From TPA_inf: Saccharomyces (Eukaryota), in assembly GCA_000146045.2 (NCBI GenBank), contig BK006934.2:32001-96000 (forward strand): DNA of 64,000 nt. Direction: 5' to 3'. Positions 53,910-63,117 of the stretch are shown here, piece after piece (within the stretch, counting starts at the first letter, position 1; each line of letters begins with the position of its first letter). The translations under genes were made by a program, and so were the position numbers. Below the pieces are notes generated by a model, which worked only from the letters and a program-made list of their open reading frames with translations, had not been told where the DNA came from and did not search any database.

Positions 53910-55150
53910 TGGCGACCCCAGTGAGGGATGAAACAAGAAATGTTATTGACGACAACATTTCTGCGCGGATTCAATCGAAAGTCAAAACAAATGATACTGT
54001 CAGACAGACGCCATCATCATTAAGAAAAGTTTCTATTAAAGATGAACAGGTGAAACAATATCAAAGAAACTTAAATAGGTTTAAAACCATACTAAATGGT
54101 TTAAAGGCAGAAGAGGAAAAACTTTCTGAGACTGATGATATTCAGATGCTAGCTGAAAAATTATTAAAACTCGGAGAAACCATTGACAAGGTTGAGAATA
54201 GGATTGTGGATCTAGTTGAAAAGATACAATTATTGGAAACAAACGAGAACAATAATATATTACATGAACATATAGATGCTACAGGGACTTACTATTTATT
54301 CGATACGTTAACTTCAACCAACAAAAGATTCTACCCTAAGGATTGTGTTTTTGATTATAGGACTAATAATGTCGAGAACATTCCTATTCTCTTAAACAAT
54401 TTTAAAAAATTCATCAAGAAATATCAATTTGATGATGTCTTTGAAAATGATATCATAGAAATCGATCCTCGTGAAAATGAAATCTTGTGCAAGATAATCA
54501 AAGAAGGACTCGGTGAAAGTTTAGATATCATGAACACAAATACAACTGACATTTTTAGGATAATCGATGGTTTAAAAAACAAATATAGAAGTTTACATGG
54601 TAGAGATGTCAGAATTAGAGCCTGGGAAAAGGTTTTGGTTGATACAACATGTAGAAATTCCGCATTGTTAATGAATAAACTTCAAAAGTTGGTACTAATG
54701 GAAAAATGGATTTTTTCTAAATGCTGCCAAGATTGTCCTAATCTAAAGGATTACCTACAAGAAGCTATCATGGGAACCTTACATGAATCCTTAAGAAATT
54801 CTGTGAAACAACGTTTGTACAACATTCCACATAACGTAGGAATTAATCACGAAGAATTTCTAATCAATACTGTTATTGAAACAGTAATTGATTTGAGCCC
54901 AATTGCAGACGATCAAATAGAAAATAGCTGCATGTATTGCAAATCTGTTTTCCATTGCTCAATTAACTGCAAAAAGAAACCAAATAGGGAACTTAGGCCT
55001 GACTCGACCAATTTCTCAAAAACCTATTATCTACAAGGTGCACAGAGACAACAACAACTTAAGTCCAGTGCAAAACGAACAAAAGTCTTGGAACAAGACA
55101 CAAAAAAAGTCAAACAAAGTGTACAACAGCAAAAAACTGGTAATTATTGA
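53909..55150 (+). CDS. TYA: Ty4 TYA (Gag-like capsid protein), 413 aa.
   Basis: The ORF begins with an ATG whose A is the last base of the LTR. A Cys/His zinc-knuckle-like region (CMYCKSVFHCSINC) lies near the C-terminus. Confidence 0.9.
   Translation: MATPVRDETRNVIDDNISARIQSKVKTNDTVRQTPSSLRKVSIKDEQVKQYQRNLNRFKTILNGLKAEEEKLSETDDIQMLAEKLLKLGETIDKVENRIVDLVEKIQLLETNENNNILHEHIDATGTYYLFDTLTSTNKRFYPKDCVFDYRTNNVENIPILLNNFKKFIKKYQFDDVFENDIIEIDPRENEILCKIIKEGLGESLDIMNTNTTDIFRIIDGLKNKYRSLHGRDVRIRAWEKVLVDTTCRNSALLMNKLQKLVLMEKWIFSKCCQDCPNLKDYLQEAIMGTLHESLRNSVKQRLYNIPHNVGINHEEFLINTVIETVIDLSPIADDQIENSCMYCKSVFHCSINCKKKPNRELRPDSTNFSKTYYLQGAQRQQQLKSSAKRTKVLEQDTKKVKQSVQQQKTGNY
54992..54998 (+). other. Programmed +1 ribosomal frameshift heptamer CTT-AGG-C joining TYA to TYB.
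   Basis: CTT and AGG are in the TYA frame (54992-54997). GGC (54996-54998) is in the open TYB frame. This is identical to the Ty1/Ty2 frameshift signal. Confidence 0.8.
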
Positions 55151-58100
55151 TACCGGTTCCGGCGTAAACATTACCAATGACAAAACCTTACTGCATAATT
55201 ACGAAGACAGTAATCGCAGTACACGATTTTTTGGTATTGGGAAAAACAGTTCAGTGTCTGTTAAAGGGTATGGCTATATAAAAATCAAGAATGGTCACAA
55301 CAATACTGACAATAAGTGTTTATTGACTTACTATGTACCGGAAGAAGAATCCACTATAATCAGCTGTTATGACTTAGCCAAGAAAACCAAAATGGTTTTA
55401 AGTCGAAAATATACCAGATTGGGAAACAAAATCATAAAAATTAAAACCAAGATAGTTAATGGTGTCATTCACGTAAAAATGAACGAGTTAATTGAACGTC
55501 CTTCCGATGATTCAAAAATAAATGCAATAAAACCTACTTCTTCTCCTGGATTTAAACTAAATAAAAGGTCTATTACCTTGGAAGATGCTCATAAAAGAAT
55601 GGGCCATACAGGAATTCAACAAATTGAAAATTCCATAAAACATAATCATTATGAAGAATCCCTTGACTTAATCAAAGAACCAAATGAATTTTGGTGTCAA
55701 ACCTGTAAAATCTCTAAAGCCACGAAAAGAAATCATTATACCGGGTCTATGAATAATCATAGTACTGATCATGAACCAGGATCATCATGGTGCATGGATA
55801 TATTTGGCCCTGTATCAAGTTCAAACGCGGACACTAAAAGGTACATGCTTATTATGGTGGATAACAACACGAGATATTGCATGACCTCCACACACTTCAA
55901 TAAGAATGCTGAAACTATTTTAGCTCAAATCAGAAAGAATATTCAGTACGTGGAAACACAATTTGACAGGAAAGTCAGAGAAATTAATTCAGACAGAGGT
56001 ACTGAATTCACAAATGATCAGATAGAAGAATATTTTATTTCAAAAGGAATACATCACATACTTACTTCTACACAAGATCATGCTGCTAATGGAAGAGCAG
56101 AAAGATACATCAGAACAATAGTAACTGATGCAACAACACTCCTAAGACAAAGTAACTTAAGAGTAAAATTTTGGGAATACGCAGTAACTTCTGCTACCAA
56201 TATAAGAAATTGCCTGGAACACAAAAGTACAGGTAAACTACCATTGAAGGCAATCTCACGTCAACCTGTTACAGTGAGATTAATGTCATTCTTACCATTT
56301 GGCGAAAAAGGAATAATTTGGAATCATAATCACAAAAAATTGAAACCATCTGGACTTCCTTCTATAATTCTATGCAAAGATCCAAATAGTTATGGATACA
56401 AATTCTTTATACCATCCAAAAATAAAATTGTCACATCTGATAATTATACAATTCCCAACTATACGATGGACGGTAGAGTAAGAAATACTCAGAATATTTA
56501 CAAGAGTCATCAATTCAGTTCACATAATGATAATGAAGAAGATCAAATCGAAACGGTCACAAACTTATGTGAAGCTTTGGAAAACTACGAAGATGATAAT
56601 AAACCAATTACTCGCCTGGAAGATTTGTTCACAGAGGAAGAGTTATCTCAAATAGACTCAAACGCAAAATACCCATCTCCTAGTAATAACCTAGAAGGGG
56701 ACTTGGATTACGTATTTTCTGATGTTGAGGAATCTGGAGATTATGACGTTGAATCTGAACTTTCAACGACAAATACTTCAATCTCAACTGATAAAAACAA
56801 AATTTTGTCAAACAAGGATTTTAATTCAGAACTTGCATCGACTGAAATATCCATCAGTGAAATCGATAAGAAAGGATTAATAAATACAAGTCATATTGAT
56901 GAAGATAAGTATGATGAAAAAGTCCACAGAATTCCATCGATTATACAAGAGAAACTGGTAGGAAGTAAAAATACTATTAAAATCAATGACGAAAACAGAA
57001 TCTCCGACAGAATTCGTAGTAAAAATATTGGGAGTATCTTAAACACTGGACTCAGTAGATGTGTAGATATCACCGATGAATCTATTACTAACAAAGATGA
57101 GTCAATGCACAACGCAAAACCCGAACTAATTCAGGAGCAGTTCAATAAAACAAATCATGAAACTTCGTTTCCTAAAGAAGGGAGCATTGGAACAAATGTA
57201 AAATTCCGAAATACAGACAATGAGATTTCTTTAAAAACAGGCGATACGAGTTTACCAATAAAAACTTTAGAAAGCATTAACAATCACCATAGTAATGATT
57301 ATTCCACAAACAAAGTTGAAAAGTTTGAGAAGGAAAATCATCATCCGCCCCCGATTGAGGACATTGTGGATATGAGTGATCAAACTGATATGGAATCAAA
57401 CTGTCAGGATGGTAATAACTTAAAAGAATTAAAAGTCACCGATAAAAATGTACCAACTGACAATGGAACAAATGTGTCACCAAGGTTGGAACAAAATATT
57501 GAAGCATCTGGATCACCAGTACAAACAGTTAATAAAAGTGCCTTCTTAAACAAAGAATTCAGTTCTTTGAACATGAAAAGAAAACGGAAAAGACACGATA
57601 AAAACAATAGTCTAACAAGCTATGAATTAGAAAGAGATAAGAAGCGTTCAAAAAGGAATCGAGTGAAATTAATTCCAGATAATATGGAAACAGTTTCAGC
57701 ACAAAAAATTAGAGCCATATATTATAATGAAGCTATTTCAAAAAATCCTGACCTCAAAGAAAAACATGAATACAAACAGGCATATCATAAAGAATTACAG
57801 AATTTAAAAGATATGAAGGTATTTGATGTCGATGTGAAGTACAGTAGATCAGAAATCCCTGATAATTTAATAGTACCCACCAACACGATATTCACAAAGA
57901 AAAGAAATGGGATTTATAAGGCTAGGATAGTCTGCAGAGGTGATACTCAGTCACCAGACACTTACAGTGTAATAACTACAGAATCTTTAAATCACAATCA
58001 TATTAAGATATTCTTAATGATTGCAAACAACAGAAATATGTTTATGAAGACCCTGGATATCAATCATGCATTCCTATATGCTAAATTGGAAGAAGAAATA

Positions 58101-59318
58101 TACATCCCACATCCGCATGATAGGAGATGTGTAGTCAAGCTAAATAAGGCGTTATATGGTCTAAAACAGAGTCCTAAAGAATGGAATGATCATCTAAGAC
58201 AATACTTGAATGGAATTGGACTGAAAGATAACTCTTATACTCCGGGATTATACCAAACCGAGGATAAAAATCTAATGATTGCAGTCTATGTTGATGACTG
58301 CGTAATTGCGGCAAGCAATGAACAGAGATTGGATGAATTCATAAACAAATTGAAAAGTAATTTTGAACTGAAAATTACAGGAACATTAATAGATGATGTA
58401 CTCGATACAGATATATTAGGAATGGATCTAGTATACAACAAAAGACTTGGTACTATCGATTTAACATTAAAATCATTCATAAATAGAATGGATAAAAAAT
58501 ACAACGAGGAATTGAAAAAGATTAGAAAAAGTTCAATTCCGCATATGTCAACTTATAAAATAGATCCTAAGAAAGACGTACTGCAAATGTCAGAAGAAGA
58601 GTTTAGACAAGGTGTTCTAAAGCTACAACAATTACTAGGTGAACTAAACTATGTCAGACACAAATGCAGATACGACATTAATTTTGCTGTTAAGAAAGTG
58701 GCTAGACTAGTAAATTACCCACATGAAAGAGTCTTTTATATGATTTACAAAATAATCCAGTACTTGGTTCGGTATAAAGATATTGGAATACACTATGACC
58801 GAGACTGTAATAAAGACAAGAAGGTTATTGCTATAACTGATGCATCAGTTGGATCAGAATATGATGCTCAATCAAGGATTGGAGTTATATTATGGTACGG
58901 TATGAATATTTTTAATGTTTATTCTAACAAGAGCACAAACAGATGTGTATCATCAACAGAAGCAGAGCTTCATGCCATTTATGAAGGCTATGCAGACTCA
59001 GAAACGTTGAAGGTAACATTAAAGGAGCTAGGAGAAGGAGACAATAATGACATTGTCATGATCACTGACTCAAAGCCAGCCATTCAAGGATTAAATCGCA
59101 GCTATCAACAACCAAAAGAGAAATTCACTTGGATAAAAACTGAAATAATAAAAGAAAAAATTAAAGAGAAGAGTATAAAACTGTTAAAAATTACCGGCAA
59201 AGGTAATATTGCTGATTTACTAACAAAACCAGTATCAGCATCTGATTTTAAAAGATTTATACAAGTATTAAAAAATAAAATAACATCACAGGATATTTTG
59301 GCCTCAACAGACTATTGA
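54996..59318 (+). CDS. TYB: Ty4 TYB (Pol polyprotein: protease, integrase, reverse transcriptase, RNase H), expressed as a Gag-Pol fusion by +1 frameshifting.
   Basis: The frame is open from the frameshift site. The track ORF starts at a GTG at 55038. It contains the protease DTGSG (55149-55163), an integrase zinc-binding and catalytic-core region, and RT YVDD (58287-58298). About 1440 codons in the +1 frame. Confidence 0.88.
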   Translation, partial: GLTRPISQKPIIYKVHRDNNNLSPVQNEQKSWNKTQKKSNKVYNSKKLVIIDTGSGVNITNDKTLLHNYEDSNRSTRFFGIGKNSSVSVKGYGYIKIKNGHNNTDNKCLLTYYVPEEESTIISCYDLAKKTKMVLSRKYTRLGNKIIKIKTKIVNGVIHVKMNELIERPSDDSKINAIKPTSSPGFKLNKRSITLEDAHKRMGHTGIQQIENSIKHNHYEESLDLIKEPNEFWCQTCKISKATKRNHYTGSMNNHSTDHEPGSSWCMDIFGPVSSSNADTKRYMLIMVDNNTRYCMTSTHFNKNAETILAQIRKNIQYVETQFDRKVREINSDRGTEFTNDQIEEYFISKGIHHILTSTQDHAANGRAERYIRTIVTDATTLLRQSNLRVKFWEYAVTSATNIRNCLEHKSTGKLPLKAISRQPVTVRLMSFLPFGEKGIIWNHNHKKLKPSGLPSIILCKDPNSYGYKFFIPSKNKIVTSDNYTIPNYTMDGRVRNTQNIYKSHQFSSHNDNEEDQIETVTNLCEALENYEDDNKPITRLEDLFTEEELSQIDSNAKYPSPSNNLEGDLDYVFSDVEESGDYDVESELSTTNTSISTDKNKILSNKDFNSELASTEISISEIDKKGLINTSHIDEDKYDEKVHRIPSIIQEKLVGSKNTIKINDENRISDRIRSKNIGSILNTGLSRCVDITDESITNKDESMHNAKPELIQEQFNKTNHETSFPKEGSIGTNVKFRNTDNEISLKTGDTSLPIKTLESINNHHSNDYSTNKVEKFEKENHHPPPIEDIVDMSDQTDMESNCQDGNNLKELKVTDKNVPTDNGTNVSPRLEQNIEASGSPVQTVNKSAFLNKEFSSLNMKRKRKRHDKNNSLTSYELERDKKRSKRNRVKLIPDNMETVSAQKIRAIYYNEAISKNPDLKEKHEYKQAYHKELQNLKDMKVFDVDVKYSRSEIPDNLIVPTNTIFTKKRNGIYKARIVCRGDTQSPDTYSVITTESLNHNHIKIFLMIANNRNMFMKTLDINHAFLYAKLEEEIYIPHPHDRRCVVKLNKALYGLKQSPKEWNDHLRQYLNGIGLKDNSYTPGLYQTEDKNLMIAVYVDDCVIAASNEQRLDEFINKLKSNFELKITGTLIDDVLDTDILGMDLVYNKRLGTIDLTLKSFINRMDKKYNEELKKIRKSSIPHMSTYKIDPKKDVLQMSEEEFRQGVLKLQQLLGELNYVRHKCRYDINFAVKKVARLVNYPHERVFYMIYKIIQYLVRYKDIGIHYDRDCNKDKKVIAITDASVGSEYDAQSRIGVILWYGMNIFNVYSNKSTNRCVSSTEAELHAIYEGYADSETLKVTLKELGEGDNNDIVMITDSKPAIQGLNRSYQQPKEKFTWIKTEIIKEKIKEKSIKLLKITGKGNIADLLTKPVSASDFKRFIQVLKNKITSQDILASTDY

Positions 59319-59390
59319 TAATTAATTAATGAAGTTCTAAACACACAATGAATATCTGTTGAAGTACAATAATATATCTTTAAGGGAGCA

Positions 59391-59761
59391 TGTTGGAACG
59401 AGAGTAATTAATAGTGACATGAGTTGCTATGGTAACAATCTAATGCTTACATCGTATATTAATGTACAACTCGTATACGTTTAAGTGTGATTGCGCCTAT
59501 TGCAGAAGGAATGTTAAACGAGAAGCTCAGACAATACTGAAGCTGTGTTAAAGACCTATTAGTTGAACATGATATGGTAGGTACATATATGAGGAATATG
59601 AGTCGTCACATCAATGTATAGTAACTACCGGAACCACTATTATATTGGTCATGATTAATATGACCAATCGGCGTGTGTTTTATATACCTCTCTTATTTAG
59701 TATAAGAAGATCAGTACTCACTTCTTCATTAATACTAATTTTTTACCTCTAATTATCAACA
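59391..59761 (+). repeat. Ty4 3' LTR (tau), 371 bp.
   Basis: About 98.7% identical to the 5' LTR. It is preceded by the purine-rich TAAGGGAGCA, a candidate polypurine tract. Confidence 0.9.
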
Positions 59762-59766
59762 CATAC

Positions 59767-60099
59767 TGTAGAGTGGGTGAATTTTGAGATAATTGTTGGG
59801 ATTCCATTTTTAGTAAGGCAATAATATTAGGTATGTAGAATATACTAGAAGTTCTCCTCGAGGATTTAGGAATCCATAAAAGGGAATCTGCAATTCTACA
59901 CAATTCTATAAATATTATTATCATCGTTTTATATGTTAATATTCATTGATCCTATTACATTATCAATCCTTGCGTTTCAGCTTCCACTAATTTAGATGAC
60001 TATTTCTCATCATTTGCGTCATCTTCTAACACCGTATATGATAATATACTAGTAACGTAAATACTAGTTAGTAGATGATAGTTGATTTTTATTCCAACA
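59767..60099 (-). mobile_element. Ty1/Ty2 delta solo LTR, about 333 bp, in inverted orientation and directly abutting the Ty4 target-site duplication.
   Basis: The reverse complement reads TGTTGGAATAAAAATCAACTATCATCTACTAACTAGTATTTACGTTACTAGTATATTATCATATACGGTGTTAGAAGATGACGCAAATGATGAGAAATAGTCATCTAAATTAGTGGAAGCTGAAACGCAAGGATTGATAATGTAATAGGATCAATGAATATTAACATATAAAACGATGATAATAATATTTATAGAATTGTGTAGAATTGCAGATTCCCTTTTATGGATTCCTAAATCCTCGAGGAGAACTTCTAGTATATTCTACATACC... This is a canonical delta sequence. Confidence 0.88.
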
Positions 60100-60104
60100 T
60101 ATAT

Positions 60105-60127
60105 GATAGCTGATTTTTATTCCAACA
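60105..60127 (-). repeat. Duplicated delta terminus fragment (23 bp), with a further degenerate delta-like fragment at about 60340-60400.
   Basis: gatagctgatttttattccaaca nearly repeats 60076-60099 (gatagttgatttttattccaaca). The stretch aaacgcaaggattgacagtgatgtaataatgaacgagg near 60360 resembles the delta internal sequence GAAACGCAAGGATTGATAATGTAATAGGA. Confidence 0.5.
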
Positions 60128-60626
60128 ATTTATACGCTTGGGTGGATATCTAGGCAAGAAGGGCCTTGTGTTTTCTCAATATTATGGTACATCACAAATA
60201 AAATTGAGCAGCGATATGTTCCGAACACATGCCGTTACCTGATGGAATGAGAAATAGGTCTATTCTATCGATCTTTATCTATATTACTGGTATATTATGA
60301 TGTATGACGTAAAAAGATGTAGCAAAGAATGGCAAAAGCTATCAAAAATTTAATGAAACCTAAAACGCAAGGATTGACAGTGATGTAATAATGAACGAGG
60401 GCATATTGAAGTTTAAGATTTAGTTTAGTGACACTGCTTAGGCAAAATACTATTCTAAAACAGATATGATTTTCGTTCACGATGCAAAAGGTTTATATAA
60501 GTTATTTAATAGTAAATAAAAAAACATGCAGACGCATAAGTCACCATTGACTCATGCTTATTATTATATCCAATGATTTATTTTTTTTTGTTTTCGTTGA
60601 TATCGCGGGCATCTTAACTCTTCTGG

Positions 60627-62510
60627 TCATAACTGGGGGGATGTGTGACGATTATAAAAGTTTTTGGGCTCAGTAATTTTTTGCCGCCTTGTAGTGCTGT
60701 CCAGGTCCTCTTTATTTAGGTTAACAATTCCGGCTACATTATTTGCTGTAATTCTAGCATTGCGGTTTATGCCAACAGCAGCCATTTTTTTGAGTAAGTC
60801 ATCTGGGCTTTCTGCATCCTTGCTTGAGTGAAATTCTTTCGACACCGCCCTAAACAGTCCGCCCAACGTGGTACTGTTTGCTTTACGTAATGAATGAGCA
60901 TCGTCTGTGTATGCTGGAGACGAGGCGGGAGCGTTATGAGGAAAAGTATCCTGTGTCGTTCTAGGTAATATCGGAGGCGTCACTTCCCTAGAAGATACAT
61001 TTTCAGCAAGATGGGTAATTATTTTTTCTAGCCTGGTACCTGGTTTATTTTCCAAAATATTATAACCACCATTTTTTTCGTACTCCTTTTGCTCACGATC
61101 TTCTTCAGTTTTCACTAGCCTTAACAGGTTATCATCCTCCTTTTTTTTATTCTTCACGTACGCGGAGTTATGTGTTTCGGCTCTTCTTAAGAAAAGCTCA
61201 TTTTCCTTAGGGTCGTAAGTTGCATCTTCAATCGTTTTTTCTCTTTCTAGCGGTTCCCCCATTCCCCTTACAGGAAAGACACCAGGCGGCGATCTCAAAC
61301 TGTGGCGCTTGTTAATACGGTGCCTGTTAATAGATTTGATCGAGTGATTGTGAGGCAGATTGTGAGGCAACCCCAGGTGTGGAGATCTTGTCGTAGAGTT
61401 ACTTTTAGGTATGAATTGTACGGGTTCTCCCAAGTCCGATTCCATTGTAACATTGTCGGAAGTTATAACTGATGAAGGTATGGATCGAAGCGAATTTAGA
61501 CTTCTGCCGGTGAAATAGCTCGAGTTATCGTGATTTGTATTATAAATGCTTGCAAAGCCCTTTTCAGTAAGGTTTTCAAGATCTTCACCGGTTTCAGTTG
61601 CATCATCGTCACACTCATTTTTTTGTATTCTTACAACTCTTGAATCCATATTCAGTTCTGGTTGCTCATCTCTTGCTTCGTATTCTGGTAAAGATAATCT
61701 CTTTCTATCACGTTCCACAACCACCAAATGTAAGTAGAAGGGAACGACTGCACTAAAAAAGAGTCCTCCAACGATGTTACCTAAAGAAGCGGGAATTAGT
61801 AGTTTCCATATATATTTACCCACTGAAACATTTGCACCGTTAAGCATTGCAATGAAAGATGCAGACATATCTCCGACTACATGTGTAAATCCGATACCAA
61901 TAAAGTCAATGATAGGGAATGACATTAGAATAAACTTCACATGAATAGGTTTTGCCATTAACTGTAAATATATGGCTAAACAAACAAAAAAATTGCACGC
62001 TATTCCTTTTAAAAAGGTTTGGACGAATGAATATGAAACTTTTTGTTCTATGATTTGCCGTGAGCCTATTATCCAAAGCTTCTGAGAACTAATACCAGAA
62101 AGATGACCAAAAAGATATGAAACAAAAAGTGAGCCAGCAATATTACCTAACCAACTGACAACCCACGAAATCATCAAATCATAGATAGTTACTGCTTTTC
62201 TCAGAACTCCAACGGAGAAAAATAGGATATTAGAGTTGAAGAGGTCAGCACCCATCATTACTACATAGAATAGTCCCATGGCGAAATTAACACCAGTAAT
62301 AAGATTCACAATACCCGGGTTTCGTGCGACTATGTCAGGATCTTCGGAATATACCGCTACCAATAGGAACGAACCACTACTAAACAGAACGCCACCAAGT
62401 ATGGAATTTATTAGCAATGTATCTAGTTGCAGTCTTGCTTTCTTCATTGCAGTGGCCACCACCGCTAATGCAGTTTCATGTGGTGTAAGATAGTTTGAGT
62501 CGTCAACCAT
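60627..62510 (-). CDS. YHL008C, a formate/nitrite transporter (FNT) family channel homologue with a long hydrophilic C-terminal tail, 627 aa.
   Basis: Trimmed to MVDDSNYLTPHETALAV..., giving 627 aa. The N-terminal region of about 290 aa has six hydrophobic helices with FNT-like segments (MMGADLFNSN, WLGNIAGSLF). The remainder is polar and low-complexity. Confidence 0.85.
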   Translation of the reverse strand: MVDDSNYLTPHETALAVVATAMKKARLQLDTLLINSILGGVLFSSGSFLLVAVYSEDPDIVARNPGIVNLITGVNFAMGLFYVVMMGADLFNSNILFFSVGVLRKAVTIYDLMISWVVSWLGNIAGSLFVSYLFGHLSGISSQKLWIIGSRQIIEQKVSYSFVQTFLKGIACNFFVCLAIYLQLMAKPIHVKFILMSFPIIDFIGIGFTHVVGDMSASFIAMLNGANVSVGKYIWKLLIPASLGNIVGGLFFSAVVPFYLHLVVVERDRKRLSLPEYEARDEQPELNMDSRVVRIQKNECDDDATETGEDLENLTEKGFASIYNTNHDNSSYFTGRSLNSLRSIPSSVITSDNVTMESDLGEPVQFIPKSNSTTRSPHLGLPHNLPHNHSIKSINRHRINKRHSLRSPPGVFPVRGMGEPLEREKTIEDATYDPKENELFLRRAETHNSAYVKNKKKEDDNLLRLVKTEEDREQKEYEKNGGYNILENKPGTRLEKIITHLAENVSSREVTPPILPRTTQDTFPHNAPASSPAYTDDAHSLRKANSTTLGGLFRAVSKEFHSSKDAESPDDLLKKMAAVGINRNARITANNVAGIVNLNKEDLDSTTRRQKITEPKNFYNRHTSPQL

Positions 62511-63117
62511 TTTTTCTAACAATGCCTTTAGAAAATCCTTTCCGTCACTGTTCCATGAAATAATCTTGTTAGTTTATGAAAATAAAAAACTTCACTCAAC
62601 TGGAAAATTCTAGAAGACGAGAGAGGATGTTATATCGGTAGGAATTTCTCGTATATGTGGGAAATAAGAAACAAGCGTAATTCTCTCAGCTGAACAAGAA
62701 CTGACTCCCATGGTATTTTTTTTTTTCTACTTCTTTTCTTTTCCCTGAATTTGCGGGATAATATAGTTCGTGCACTAAGGACAATATTACGGATATTTCC
62801 AAAATTGGATAATACCTCTCCTTCGTTACATAGAACGCAGACAGATGTTCGTGTAATGGTACCCGACACTCGATGAGACTTTGTTATTTTTATACGCCTG
62901 AAATTAGGAAGAATTTGAGTTGGTTTCAATATTCCTCAGTTTTAAGCAAAACTGTTGTCGTGATTTATTTAAATTTCGTTAATGAAGTTGTGAATTAGAG
63001 TGGGATGTGTTATAAAATGTCCAAATATACACGATAAGATATATGAAAAGAATTTTTATGCCAGTCACAACTGTGTATATACTTTGTCGATAATAAGGTG
63101 TACCCTGCTTGCTACGT

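Larger units (their letters stand above)
53539..59761 (+). mobile_element. Full-length Ty4 LTR retrotransposon (copia-like), 6223 bp. Probably YHLWTy4-1 of strain S288C.
   Basis: Two 371-bp direct LTRs (TGTTGGAAC...ATCAACA) enclose TYA (413 aa) and TYB (domain order PR-IN-RT-RH) with a +1 frameshift overlap. It has a 5-bp target-site duplication and lies about 170 bp upstream of tRNA-Val. Confidence 0.92.
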
